64,000 nucleotides of DNA from NCBI RefSeq assembly GCF_004010195.1, contig NC_057718.1:31295622-31359621 (forward strand). Reading direction: 5' to 3'. The DNA is from Chiloscyllium plagiosum. Its lineage: Eukaryota. The position numbers and the translations under genes were made by a program. Below, one piece after another: positions 51,479 to 64,000 of the stretch. Below the pieces are notes generated by a model. That model was given only the letters and a program-made list of their open reading frames with translations. It did no database searches and was not told the origin of the DNA. Each line of letters opens with the position of its first letter. The first letter of the stretch is position 1.

Positions 51479-52757
51479 GTACTTCCATTCTGACAGTAGT
51501 TTCGTGGCAAAGAACTGTCAGAGGAAGGAAAACTGCCCCTTTTCACAGCAGTCAGTATTCTGAAATTTAAATGTCCTGACAGCCACTTTGACAGCTGCTG
51601 TCAATACAGAAGTACATAAGTAAGTGTGATGTTGGGATCTTGGGTGCCAGATGGGTAGGAGGTGTAGAGTGCTAGTGAAGAAGGGTGCTAAGTGGGTCGA
51701 ATGGCAGGATGTCAACTGGGGACTGGGAAGGGTGCCAGGTGATATGATGTCAAATGGATAGGCTACCAATTAAGGAGGATGCCAGGGTGCTAGGTAAGTA
51801 GGGTGCTATCTGATGAGAGGATAGAGTGCCAGCTGTGTATAGTACAAGGTGGGTGGTGTGAAAGTTGGCAATAGAGCAGGTATATATTTAGGATAGGTCA
51901 GAGTAGGCTAGAAAATTCAGGTCCAGCAAGTACTGGGTGGGTATGTGTCAGGTCTCGTGGGGGGTGAGGGTTTGACCTTGGCAGTGGAGTGGCTCTGCTT
52001 CAGTGGGCAGAGATGTAGAATTGATGGTCCTGTCCAGCAAGAGTCCCGGATGGTCAGGTCTGGAAGGAGCGAGAGTTGGTCCTGTGGACACTCAGTTCAA
52101 GTGCAAATTGTGACAGCGTGTCAACTCCTGGTTTGTGGAGGTGTCAATTTCTGGAAAGTGGGAGATGTCAGGTCCCTGGGTTGTGGGAGATATCAGGTCT
52201 CAAGATGAGGGCTTGGATCGCTGGGATTGTACTGGGTCCCAGGATGTTGGGATATTAGGACCCCTGGCATGTCAGTTCAGGTTTTGGGGGTGAAGAGTTC
52301 TGAGTGAAGTAATTGTGGGGTCTGTTTAATAGTTACTCAGGAGTTAGAATATGTATTCATTAGTCTAAATTTTCCTGAGTAACTAATTTACTTAATTTCA
52401 TCAGAACCATCCAAAGTTTCTGACTTTTATAGAGACATTGGAGGGTTCCATGAGTTATGGAATTGCGAGGGAATGTTCACTTGCTTGGGCAATTCCTGTT
52501 ATGTGTCCTACGGTAAGAATTCTGCAGGGTCCCGATGTGCAACTCCCACCCACGGATCTCTGGTCATCTGAAAATCTGCCCAATTGAGTTTAACAATTTC
52601 AGATCATCATCATGGCCCTCACTTGGGTATATCCTTGACCATGATGCTAGTGCCATATAAAAACTGTATTGCACAGAAAGGACCAACTAATATTTTACTC
52701 TCTGGGATTTTTGTATTTAAACACAATGATCTGAAGTACATACTATTTGAGTATACT

Positions 52758-53512
52758 TAGGGACACCCTGGTCCACGGCTTCTTCACTCCCAACATGTCC
52801 CCACACCCCCATGGCATCTTCCCCTGCAATCACACAAGGTGTATAACCTGCCTATTTACTTTTTCCCTCCTCACTATCCAAGCACCCAAACACACCTTCC
52901 AGGTGAAGCAATACTTACACTTCTCTCAATCTAGTCTACTGCATTCGCTTCTCACAATGTAGTCTCCTCTACATTGGAGAGACGACATTTGCAAAAATTA
53001 CCTGAGTTTCTGGTTGCCTGCCACTTCAACACACCACCATGATCCCTGGCCAACATCTTTGCCTTGGGTTTGCTATAGTGCTCCAATGAAGCTGTAATAA
53101 CAACACCTCATTTTCCGCTTGAGAACTCTGCAACCTTCTGGATTCTATACTGAGTTCAATAAATTTAGGGCCTCAACACCTGTTCTATCTCCTTACTCCA
53201 ACCCCTTGCCAACACATGGGCTGCCACCACACACAACCCATTGTCAGCCAGTAATAGACCCCATTAGCAGCTAGTCATTCCCCTGATTGACTTTTCACCA
53301 CTCCTTTGTCTGTCCTTCTATTTGTTTTCCTTCTATTTGGGCGCTATCTCCACCTATCGTTCCCCTCACCCCCATCTTCTGCATAAATGCTAACCTTTTC
53401 CTAACCGAGTGAAGAAGGGTCACTCGACCTGAAACGTTAATTCTGATTTCTCTCCACAGATGCTGCCAGACCTGCTGAGCTTTTCCAGAAATTTCTGTTT
53501 TTGTTTTTACAG
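52758..53512 (+). mobile_element. Decayed Neptune-like PLE 3' region
   Basis: GIFPCNHTRCITC motif, GIY-YIG remnant (ctctacattggagag), and a degenerate hammerhead gTGAAGA-A-GGGTC-actc-GACCT-GAAACGTT at about 53408-53440. Confidence 0.75.
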
Positions 53513-54789
53513 CTTTCAGTATTTGCCTGATTTGTATTTTGAGATGATGGTTTCCCAGTCTCATTGTTTTGATGGAGATTTGTTTCAAAAGTTTCATCTA
53601 AATTGTTGTATGCACTGCAAGATGATCAGAGATTGCTGTGTATCACTAAAATAACCTTTTTTGGGTATTTACGTCTGTTTTGCGTATTGGATCTATCATT
53701 TTGCTAAGGTATTGGCAAACTTATGTTTGTTATAGATTACCTGATAGAGTCCCAGAAATCAAATCTGGGAGGTTTGCCCACTTGTTCACCATAACTTTTG
53801 GGAACAGCTGCAGAAACCCCAGGGTAAAGGTATATAGGGTGAATTCCCAATTTAAAAATGTACACATAAAGAATTCTGCTGAATCACAGTCAAGACCAAG
53901 GCGCATAGCCATGAAACATTGTTATTTCCATCTAACCCCATTGTATACCCTTGAAGATTAATGCCTTTGCTTTCTACAGAGGCCCTCTGGTTTTGTTTAA
54001 CAGTGGAATGCCCAGATGCACGGTGCAAACAGCCTTGAGTAACTGTGAAAGTTTCACCAATATCTCGCCAAAGTTGTGACAGGAGTTCAGGAGAAAAACA
54101 CAGTAGTTCAGAGCCAAACTTGAAAACAACTCAGCAGAACATAAATTCTAGAATTCAAAACATAACTTAACCATCTCTCCTTGAAGTAATTGTAATAAAT
54201 TCTTCCAAATACTTTTATGGCTCAATTTCACAAAGCTTAAGAGTACCTTTAAAGTTAAGTGCCTACTCTCCAATAATTTAGCTGTGGTCTGACATTCTAA
54301 GTCATACCTACCACTCCTAAATCTCACATTATTGCCTCATTTCCATCACAGTATAAGTGGAAAAAAAACTACAGTTATTGTAAAAGCAAAAAGAAAAGCT
54401 TCCATTCAAATAGGAAACATGACAACTAAATAGCTCACATCAAGATCCCAATGGGCAATCCCTTGACATTACGGCATAGTCATGCAGCAAGATTAATGTA
54501 ATGAAAGGAAATAGATTAAAACTTTCTGAATCATCAAATCACCTGAGCCTGAACTTCATTTCTTTCTATCCTGTGGCAGCTCCAAAGTCCAAACAACATG
54601 ATCCCTGCAACATCAAATCCAATGGTAATCTGATAGGAACTTAAACTAACAAGGAGTAGGAACTGTTCAGATAAGGGCAAATTCATAAGTCTTAAGGGAA
54701 ATGTTGAAAATGTACAATAGAGTAATGATTTGGGTAAAATCAAGCAGCTTGTATCTGGCAGAAATAGGAAGGATTATGATAACAGGATC

Positions 54790-55035
54790 AAGGCATTAGT
54801 GACTATAGCCACATTAGGGAGAAATAATAAGAAGTTGGAAATAAGATGTAGTTTCTGAATGTAAACAGTTTTTATCATAAAGTGGATGAGTTAATCGCAC
54901 AAATAGAGATAATTGAATTTGATCGTGATATTGGATGGCCAAAGTCAGAACATAAATATTTTAGATGCATGAGTTTAAAAAATATTGAAAAGGAGGGAGT
55001 TGGCTCCAGTAATAAAGGTAGCAGTGAAAAAGACT
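54790..55035 (+). mobile_element. CR1-type LINE endonuclease-start fragment
   Basis: KVDELIAQIEI and aggagggagttggctc motifs typical of the CR1 ORF2 N-terminus. Confidence 0.55.
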
Positions 55036-55174
55036 CAGGAAATCCAACCAGTGTCTCAACACCGACAACCCCCAAATCTCCTGCAAGTTGCAGGTGACAA
55101 AAGCCCATGCCCTCCTTGAATAGATATACAAGTTCATCAACACCCCTCCAGCGGAGAGTCCTAGTACTTAAAAA

Positions 55175-56246
55175 TTTTTTTAATGGAATATGTGTATTCC
55201 TGACTCAGCCTGCATTTATTGCTCATCTCTAGCTGCTCTTGAGAAGGTGATGGTGAGCTACCTTCTTGGACTGCTGCATTCCATCTGCTCTAGGTACACC
55301 CAGAATACTGTGAGGGAGGGAGTTCCAAGTTTCTGAGCCAGTGACACTGAAGAAAAGGAATTATATTTCCAAATCAGGATGGTGAGTGGCTTGGAGGGAA
55401 ACTTGCATGAGGTGGTATTCCCATATACACGCTGCCCCTGTTCTTCCAGATGTTGGTGGTCATGAAGTTAGAAAGTGCTGTCATAGCTGCTTTGGTGAAT
55501 TTCTGCAGTGCCTTTGTAGATGACACACACTGCTTCTACTGTGTGTCAGTGGTAGGTAGATTGAATGTTTATGGATATGATGCCAATCAAGCAGGCTGCT
55601 TTCTCCTGGGTGGCGTGAAGCTTATTGAACGTGGCTGCAGCTCCACCCATCCAGACAATTGGGCAGTATTCCATTATACCCTTGAATTGTAGATAGTGGA
55701 CAGGCTTTAGAGATGCTACTCACTGGTGAGTTGTTCACTGCAGGATTCCTAGTCTCTGACCTGCTCTTGTAGCCACTGAATTTATATGGCTAGTCCAGTT
55801 CCATTTCTGGTCAAAAGTAACCCCCAGGATGTTGATAGTAGGGAACTCAATGATTATGTTGACATTGAATGTCAAGAGACTCTGGTTAGATTGTTTCTTA
55901 TTGGAGATGCTAATTTCCTGGCTCTTGTATAGCGCTATTGTTACTGCCACTTGTTAGCCCATGCCTGGAGATATTGTCCAGGTCTTGCTGCATTTGAACA
56001 TGGCTTGCTTCAGTATCTAAGGAGTCATGAATGGTGCTGAACATTTTGAAAAAATCGGTGAACATTCTCACTTCAGACCTAATGATGGAGGGAAGATGAT
56101 TGATGCAGCAGCTGAACATGGTTGAACCTAGGACACTCCGCTGGAGACCTCCTGCAGACTGGTTCTGGAGCTGAGGTGACTCATTTCTAATAACCACAGC
56201 CATCTGTGTTTGTGTCAGGTATGACTTCAAACAGAGGAGAGTTCCA
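55175..56246 (-). mobile_element. CR1/L2-group LINE 3' portion (same family as 22.9-26.8 kb)
   Basis: QRSVLGSTMFSCCINHLPSIIRSEVRMFTD and INILGVTFDQKWNWTSHINSVATRAGQRLGIL, with an A-rich 3' end. Confidence 0.88.
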
Positions 56247-58338
56247 TAAACATCTAAACAAAAGAAAGTCAGTAATTCTTCTTCAGAGTACATAGCATTT
56301 AAAGTTGCTCTAGTGTGGCAGAGGATGGGGTCCTTTGTGCAAATGAACAGATTCAGCTGAGAGTGATTAATACAGACATTCCAGGAAAATTCACAGAGCT
56401 AGTTCGAAAGACATGTTTCAGATGAGTCAGAATAGCAGATTGGCATAACTATCAAACCTCTCCGCACACTATCAGCGTGTCTGTATATTATTCCTTCAGG
56501 TCTTCTGTAGCACTGTTGTGCATCAAACTTTGTGGTCCCAATTTTTCAAAAAACCAAACAAATACCACCATTCAGAATGCTTTAAAACAGGTCTTGGAAC
56601 AGATTATTATGCAGTAATTGCTAAACAAGCACTTCCTTGCCAGAGGCGTGTGCATTGCAACAAGGATCCTTTGTCGTCACTTATATACTTTTCATAAACA
56701 AGTATCTAATTCCTATTTTACAACAAGTTATTCATTTTGTATCATATGTGGTTTCTTGATTTGGTGTAAATCTGTTGACAACCCAACAAAGTCAACAGGT
56801 AGTAGCAAGTTTCAGATTTGTACAGAAACCCATTATAGAACTCAAAAGCAACACCTGATCCTTACTCTGGATTATAGTATGCTCTTTCTTCCACCGCAGG
56901 TAATGGTATCTCATGAGGTCAGCAACTGAAAACAAAATCAGATCCTAACATGTCATTTGGACACTTCAGTTATTGTCTTACGACCAGAAACGCGTGCTTT
57001 CTGAAACAAGCTTTTATTTCTCCTGTTAACTACTGTATCGTCTACATAACTCCCCCAGGACAATCTCCCACCCAGATTATCCTGAATTGCCACCTATTTT
57101 TAGGCCAGATTTGGAATGATGAACAGAATTAAATATGTTCTGATATATTTCCACCTCAAAACTGTTACAAAATTGTGCCTGTATGCTCCTCCCAAACCAC
57201 ATATTCCCTTGAAGGTCATTCCATCAAAATTACATTATGATTCAATATCATTTATAAGTAACTTTCACCAGTTTCTAAGTCTGAGCTGCCCTAAGGCAGA
57301 TATCACACTAATGCTGCCCTTCTGTTAGCTGCTATTTAAGATTGTTGTTTATTTGCTTGTTCAATGACATTTCTTTTGCAATTTTGGAACTTGAATCAGG
57401 ACTTTTGCAATTACATTTAATCAATCCTGCTCGAAATAAGAAACAGAAATTTCTTAATGGGAATGCTATCACATTCACTATTTTGAGGAGAGTGTTGAAT
57501 TTATGTAGATGGTTGCATGGGAGGCTATTAGGGTCAGGCGTTGTTAACTAAAGTAGTCTCTTCACTACAATCACTTACCAGGGTCTGAAGGCCAAGAATG
57601 TTTATTTAAGTGCTCTCAAATCACAAGGAAAATATAGAAGAAGATGAGGGCCAACTGCCAAATAAAGAATAGCAAAACTAATAGCTTAGAACTTTCAACA
57701 ATTAAGAGTAGGTCCAAATAAAGTCACTTTGCATACATCTGCTCTAACCTTTCCTACACACGGGCAACCTTAAAAGGTGCCTCGCTTTTCAAACCTTCAA
57801 TCACTTCCTTTGTAACACTGAAATCTACTTTTCCCATGACATTATCCAAATTTTAGACTGTGCAACGAGAAATCATACCTTATTTTTGTGAAGTGTCATT
57901 TACATTACGTTTCATGGAAGGTTTCTCTCCATGAGACCTAATGGGTTTTCTTGCACTGCCATCACAAACTCACCACATTAACTCTGCTCTACATCAATGG
58001 TATCCCTCTCGTCCAACGTTGGCCCAGTTCTCCTAGTCATAATACCTGGATGTACTGGCTATTACTGAGATATCCTATCATCCAGAGTTTCCCTTTGACA
58101 TCACATAGCAGCAGAGCAACCAAAATGAACACATCTCATGTGTTTTCCCCTGGATCAGTACCATGTGATCTGACAGTTTCATTCCTTTTAAACTATTTGG
58201 CATTTAGATACCACTGAGTGGTTGGTTTTCATTCCTTTTCTGAGCCTTTTTGGCAGTTTCCTCCAGTTGAATGGCTTGAAGTAAGGATAGCAGGTTTAGA
58301 TTCCAGCATCTGCTGTGGTGAGCTTTAAATCAAAGTCG

Positions 58339-58597
58339 AGGAGAAAGTGAGGTCTGCAGATGCTGGAGATCAAAGTTGAAACTTTATTGCTGGAACAGCA
58401 CAGCAGGTCAGGCAGCATCCAGGGAACAGGAGATTCGACGTTTCGGGCACAGGGATGCCTTCTTCAAGGATGCCTTCCTTGAAGAAGCTCTCTGCCTCTC
58501 TCTATTCCTGAAGAAGGGCCTGTGCCCGAAACGTCGAATCTCCTGTTCCCTGGATGCTGCCTGACCTGCTGTGCTGTTCCAGCAATAAAGTTTCAAC
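58339..58597. mobile_element. Young PLE family A insert with perfect inverted arms
   Basis: 58373-58453 and 58519-58599 are exact reverse complements by eye. 14-bp TSD ttaaatcaaagtcg at 58325-58338 and 58598-58611. Confidence 0.9.
58504..58539 (+). ncRNA. Minimal type I hammerhead ribozyme motif (PLE family A), best-preserved copy
   Basis: ATTC-CTGAAGA-A-GGGC-ctgt-GCCC-GAAA-C-GTC-GAAT: stem I ATTC/GAAT, stem II GGGC/GCCC and a GUC triplet. Confidence 0.8.
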
Positions 58598-58954
58598 TTA
58601 AATCAAAGTCGCCCAAGCATTTCCTGTGTCTCTGAATTACTTATCCAGTGATGATACCACTACACCATCACCTCCATAGTAAATAAGCAAGATGCTACTT
58701 ATTTAATTACTACAACTGTTTATGGATTACATGAATGTGGCTTGCATTACCAAAGAGAATGCTGGGATCACACTAATCTCAAGTCTATTACTAGCTCTTC
58801 ATTTTTTCTGACCCAGTCCCCATGACATCGCCAAAGTGAGTGGTACTTGCTGCACTCAAACAAGCATTCATCTTTTCAACCCCGTATAAAATAGGGAGAG
58901 GATTGTAGTGAGCCACAGGTCACCAATTTCATGTCCCTTTACTTATTTTGATTG

Positions 58955-59243
58955 CTGTCTGTGTGGAATTTGCACATTCTCACTGTGTCTGTGTATGTGT
59001 TTCCTCTTGGTGCTCTGGTTTCCTCCCACAGTCCAATGATGTGCAGGTTAGATGGATTGGCCATGTTAAATTGCCTATACTGTCCAGGAATGTGTAGGTT
59101 ATGTCAATTAGCCATGGGAAATGCAGGGCTATAGCGACAGATTAAGGGGTGTGTCTGTGTGAGATGTATCTTGGAGGGTTGGTATGGACTCAATGGGCCA
59201 AATAGACTGTTTCTACACTGTAGGAATGAGTCTATGAGTCTAT
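58955..59243 (+). mobile_element. HE1-type V-SINE, headless
   Basis: V-domain and CR1-like tail ending gagtctatgagtcta. Confidence 0.82.
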
Positions 59244-59820
59244 TCAATGAATTCTGTGATTCTGTGTTTCTGTTCCTTGATCTGTGTGCATTTGCTGCTG
59301 TCAATGAGTTGGAGAGAACTTTGTCACACTTCAGTAAGAGCTGAATGGCCAATGGAAGATTTTAATCAATCCTATCTAAGATGATGTTTTGAGTGAGTTC
59401 GCTGTAATAGAGGCTGGTCAAATGTCATGCGTGATGCTCCATACATAAAACTGCTAATTCAACATATGAATACAGCATCACAAAAGCGTGGAATACATTA
59501 GCACTCATACTGAAAACAGACTAACCCAATCTCTCTCCAATCACACACATTTCAGCTGGGATATTTAAAGGGATATCACACATTTCCTATTGTTGCTGTA
59601 CAATTATCCTCTTTCTTTTGCAACTCTTGAGGCTTGGCATCTGCACCAGCCAAGGAGAGCGCAGAGCATTCTTTCCCTTTGATAGAGACAATCTCTGCAG
59701 TCCCTATCTCAAACACCCTACCACCCGTCTTGTGTGCCCCACCAAGTTACGTTCATTTGGACTGGTGGACAGTCTATATGAGTCCTGTGATAGTGCAACT
59801 TCCTCTGAAGTCTTTGATCT

Positions 59821-60372
59821 CATAGAGTCATAGATATCCAGTCACACAGCAGTGAAACAGATCCGCCAGTCCAACTAGTCCATGCTGATCAAAATCCCAA
59901 ACTAAACTACTCCCATCTCCCTGCATTTGGCCCATATCTCTCTCAGCATTTATTATTCATGCACTTATCCAAACCTCTTTTAAACATTGTAATTGTACCT
60001 GCATCCATCACTTTGTCTGGAAGTTCTTTTACACACGAACCATCCTCTGTGTAAAAAAAAGTTGCCCTCGTGTCTTTTTTAAAATCTTTCTACTTTCACT
60101 TAAAAATATGTCAAGTAGCCTTGAAATCACCCAAACTTGAAAAGACTCCTGCTATTCACCTTATCTATACCTGTCATGATTTTATACACCTGTATAAGAT
60201 CACCCCTCAATCTTCTATGCTCCAATTAAAAAAGTCCCAGCCTATCCAGCCTCTCCTTATAACTAAGACCCTCCTCCATTTCTGGCAGTATCTTCTGAAC
60301 TCTCTCCAGCCTAATAATATCCTTCCTATAGCAGGAAGACTAGGACTGGACACAGTATTCCAGAAGAAGCCT
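59821..60372 (-). mobile_element. CR1/HER1-type LINE 3' region
   Basis: Reverse complement of the 60.7-61.3 kb type sequence, with a catagagtcatag tail. Confidence 0.85.
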
Positions 60373-60731
60373 CTTCAGTTCGTATGAACTGTTTGAAAGG
60401 TTTATGGGAGATGAAGGACATGAATTAGACCTGCCAAGTTGAAAAAATTCTAAGTATCACACAAACTATAGTATTTGAGTTGTTAAGCCAACATAAATAA
60501 TTGTTGTATTACCTGTGGCCATGTGATATTTTATTCTGTCACTAGATAGCTAAGAGGTCCCCAGTTCTCTATCTCCAGCATTCAGCACACTGAGACTCAA
60601 CTTATCTCTAGCACCTGTTTGCCTGCAGCTGTTAGTTGTGGAGATAGCTGGAGGTTTCTTCTCTGCCTTTCCCTGCTACCGGGAAGGAAAGAAAGAAGTC
60701 TATGATCTATCTTCGTTTATGTTAGCATTGA

Positions 60732-61342
60732 CTGCTTCATTGGTCAGTGCTTTGAGTATGGGAGTTGGGGTGTCATATTGTGGCTCTACTGGATATTGGT
60801 TAGGCCACTTTTAGAATGTTGTATTCAATTCTGGTCTAGCTGCTATAGGAAAAATGTCATTAAACTTGAAAGGGTTCAGAAAAGATTTACAAGGATGTTG
60901 CCAGGATTGGAGGGTTTGAGCTATAGGGAGAGTATGAATAGGCTGAGACTTTTCTCCCTGGGGTGTCAGAGGCTGAGGGGTGACCTTATAGAGGTTTATA
61001 AAACTATGAGGGGCATAGACTGAGTGAATAGCCAGGGGTTTTTCCCCAGAGTCCAAACAGGTTTAAGGTGAGAGGAGAAAGATTTAAAAGGTAGATGAGG
61101 GCCAACATTTTCAGATGAGGATGGTGTGTGTACGGAATTAGCTCTCAGAGGAAGTGATAGGGGTGGGTACAATTACAACATTTAAAAGACATCTAGCTGG
61201 GTACAAGAAAAGGAGGGTTGAGAGGGATATGGGCTGAATGCTGGCAACTGGAACTAAATTAGTTTAAGATATCTGGTCAGCGCGGATGAATTGGACTAAA
61301 GGGTCTGATGACGTGCTGTATTACTCTATGACTATGACTCTA
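60732..61342 (+). mobile_element. CR1/HER1-type LINE 3' region
   Basis: LVRPLLECCIQFWS...LERVQKRFTRMLPGLEGLSYRE...RLRGDLIEVYK, with an actctatgactatgactcta tail. Confidence 0.92.
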
Positions 61343-61399
61343 AATACTAGTTGTATGTTTCAACTTTTATCTTAAGAATTGAAATAGCTGACAGTGGTT

Positions 61400-61665
61400 G
61401 TTGTCATGAGCCCTCATACCATTGGTTGGAAATTCTGGAAATCAGACTCTAAAATGCATTCTGAAAGATTGGGTCCCCCATGTGTTGACAGGCTCCCCTA
61501 CTATCAGAGGGTTGACATCCATCCCAAAGATTATGAGAGATAAGACCAAATGGACTGCAGTATTCAAGATGGCAGCTCACCATCTCCTTCTCAAGGGAAT
61601 TAACGATGGCAATAAATACTGGCTTAACCAACAATATTCACATTCTGCTAAGTGTAATGAAAAAT
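61400..61665 (+). mobile_element. CR1/L2-group LINE 3' tail fragment
   Basis: tggactgcagtattcaagatggcagctcaccatctccttctcaagggaatt...ggcaataaat matches the reverse complement of 22.9-23.1 kb. Confidence 0.7.
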
Positions 61666-63629
61666 AAGAATATGAGTGAAGAAGTTTACGTGAGAGAAGA
61701 TTTATATTGTCACCTGAGCCTCTTAGCCAGGTCAATCAGTAAAGTCACTGATTCTCCTCTAAAGTCATGTTGCCTATTAAAATTGTGGAGATTTCAGTTA
61801 CATTCTGCCATATACTTCTCTGAGATATGCCCACTTCTTTTATGCGTGCTTAAACAATCTGATTGTTTGACCTCTTGAAAGCTCTTGTTCCTTCTACTCT
61901 CTTGTCAAAAAATTATGTTTTCCCTTAATTAGCTGAAATATTTTAAATTCTACAGCAGAACTGAATTTCCATCCATCCAAGTGACAGCAAGCCAATGACC
62001 TCAGGTCTTCTGTCCCCTAGATACTTCTACGTGACCAGGTGAGTCTTGGAGGATCAAACATGGCTGGGCGCACTGTTACAACTGCATAGCTTCTTTGTAT
62101 ACATCTCTCACTAAATGTTTTTTCTCATTGCTATCTTTTTGAGATCTGTATAATAGGGTTATGTATTTAAGCCTTTTCTTTTCACTTAATAACATTCAGT
62201 TTTAGTGCAGGAAAAACATTGTTGAAATTCATTAATGTCAAGCTTGAGTTATAAAACCCAACATAAGTGCAAAGGAAGTCAGAGTCTCGTCATTTTTTGG
62301 TCTTCAGAAAGTGCTTATGTTGCAAGTATCAAAAGATGGAGGAAAAGTTAGTTGCTGCTTGACTCTTTCTTTCTTCATTTGCATTTATGTGTGTTAACCC
62401 AACTGGACGACTATCATCCTTCAACAATTCAGCAGACCCAGATAAGGATAAATCATTATGTTCCTCGTGTAACATGACCAAGTAATGATTTTTTTTATGC
62501 ACAGCCATGTACCCTGCAGCACAACTGGTGTCAAACCCTTGACAGTGACTTGCACGTGTTCTGTGCTACTCTATTGAAAATCTCACTAACACCAAAGCTA
62601 TTATGTTTGTAGACAATGATTTATGACAATGATTTATTATTATTCTTTGACATTTGTAACTTGAGATGACTTACTGGATTTTAATACTTTAACTGTTTGC
62701 TGTAGGAGATATGATACTGCCACACTCCCACTCATGATGAATGTCACATACATGGTGTAGGCACATAACTTGATCCAGGACAAAGGATGGAATATTTGTC
62801 TTACTACACCACAGGGTAAATATATTCAAAACTATCTGCAAATGCCCAGAAGCCTAAGAACAGCTTTGATTCTCCAGTGGTTCATCAGTGGAATTAATAT
62901 CACCAACATGATGTGCTGCCAAATCTTATCTGAATTATTAGGGTGAGGCCAAATGCTTCCTTAAATAAAAATCTGCAGGTGAGTCATCTTTGGCTGCTTT
63001 CACAGATATTTTACCAGCTGTTTGCAATGTCCTATTGACAAAATTCAAGGTGATCACCAGGATGGGACTGAAATGGTCAAATGCACAGGTAATTGACCAT
63101 AATCTCTGTCTAATCCAGATATAGATTGAATTGTTTCTTAAAATAAATGTCTATGCATGAGACGATCTAGTCACAAATCTAAACTGCATACTCATAAAAA
63201 AGCCAGTTCTAACTTGCTAGAATTGGTGACAATAGGAAAGCAGCAGTCTCCAAACAAGGTCAGAAGAGTAATTATCATGTTAATGTTAATGATTGGCACG
63301 TTGCCAATGTTAGAAAGCCTACAACCAGGCAGCCACAGCTGCTCAGCTGATTGGTCAATTTTAATATACATATTAGAGTCCAATGTTTTATGTAGGACCC
63401 TGATTGTTCATTTAAATTACAAGTTGTTGCCACATATCGAGTGCACTGGTTGGTTGGTTTGATTGGCAGCGGTGCAAAACAGGCTCCTGCAAAGTTAATG
63501 TTAATTTATAATTATTGGACCAGGAGGAATAAGAGAGCACTAGATCCACAGATTAAATCAGAACTGTTCTTCTTCTAAGTTTCTTCCTCTACTTTCCATT
63601 TGTGCAGCTCAATTTTGGCTTAATCTGCA

Positions 63630-63731
63630 CCAAGAAAACTGCAGGCAGCTGGGACTAGTTTAGTTTGGGAACATGGTTGGCATCGACTGGTTGAACCGAA
63701 GGGTCTGTTTCCACGTTGTATGACTCTATGA
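63630..63731 (+). mobile_element. CR1/HER1-type LINE extreme 3' tail
   Basis: gggactagtttagtttggga...gaagggtctgtttcc...tgactctatga. Confidence 0.7.
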
Positions 63732-64000
63732 AGCTCATTTACCACCTTCAGATTTCTGATTTCATTTAAGTCAACCCTGAGTTTCTTAATGACTGGAGTC
63801 TTCTCCACTGGAACACGTGGACTGCTATTAGGTTCCACCAGCTCACCTTCCATATTTTAGAACTGATTACATGCTAACGTGGATTTGCTCTGTGCTTTGA
63901 TTCATATCTTCCTGTCATGGAGTCATAGAGCAGTAGAGCCATATAGCATGGAAATATGATCCTTCAATCCATTTTATCCATACTGACCAGGTTTCCGAAA

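Noticed and set aside
51640..52580. G-rich block with gggtgc(c/t)a(g) motifs; similar strand-skewed blocks at 5.1, 20.3 and 47.8 kb
   Set aside because: Probably the decayed interior of old non-autonomous DNA transposons. I could not define ends or a function.
36434..57654. Selenocysteine reading of the two in-frame TGA codons in the candidate exons
   Set aside because: One stop per 25-29 codons is what random sequence gives. No SECIS element or selenoprotein homology was seen.
58376..58596. Twin 62-aa ORFs with identical termini on opposite strands
   Set aside because: They are an artefact of the perfect inverted repeat.
35703..62038. Plus-strand exon-like segments (35703-35750, about 53980-54038, micro-exon 62021-62038)
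   Set aside because: They form no consistent phase chain and give no recognisable peptide. This is the expected background of splice-like motifs.

Overview
This is AT-rich, repeat-saturated vertebrate DNA, almost certainly from a shark. That is inferred from seven HE1-type V-SINEs plus matching CR1/HER1-type LINE tails. No intact protein-coding gene, rRNA, tRNA gene or CRISPR array is supportable. Most of the window is nested, decayed transposons: CR1-group LINEs, SINEs, three families of Penelope-like elements (PLEs), a Copia element, Gypsy remnants, Harbinger remnants and two Tigger-type MITEs. The main observation is at 16.4-19.3 kb. What looks like a satellite is a stack of about 17 poly(A)-tailed inserts, each bracketed by a copy of the same 10-12 bp target (cactcctgttta), sitting at the TATA box of a Gypsy LTR. 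A copy of that LTR with this site unoccupied lies at 38.9 kb. The stack holds 3' ends of a probable Tx1-clade element, 13-24 nt micro-fragments, a tail-less HE1 SINE and an unrelated 250-nt sequence. The second observation is that many PLE ends carry minimal type I hammerhead ribozyme motifs, in three sequence families. Family names come from recalled motifs, not database searches, and boundaries of old repeats are approximate.
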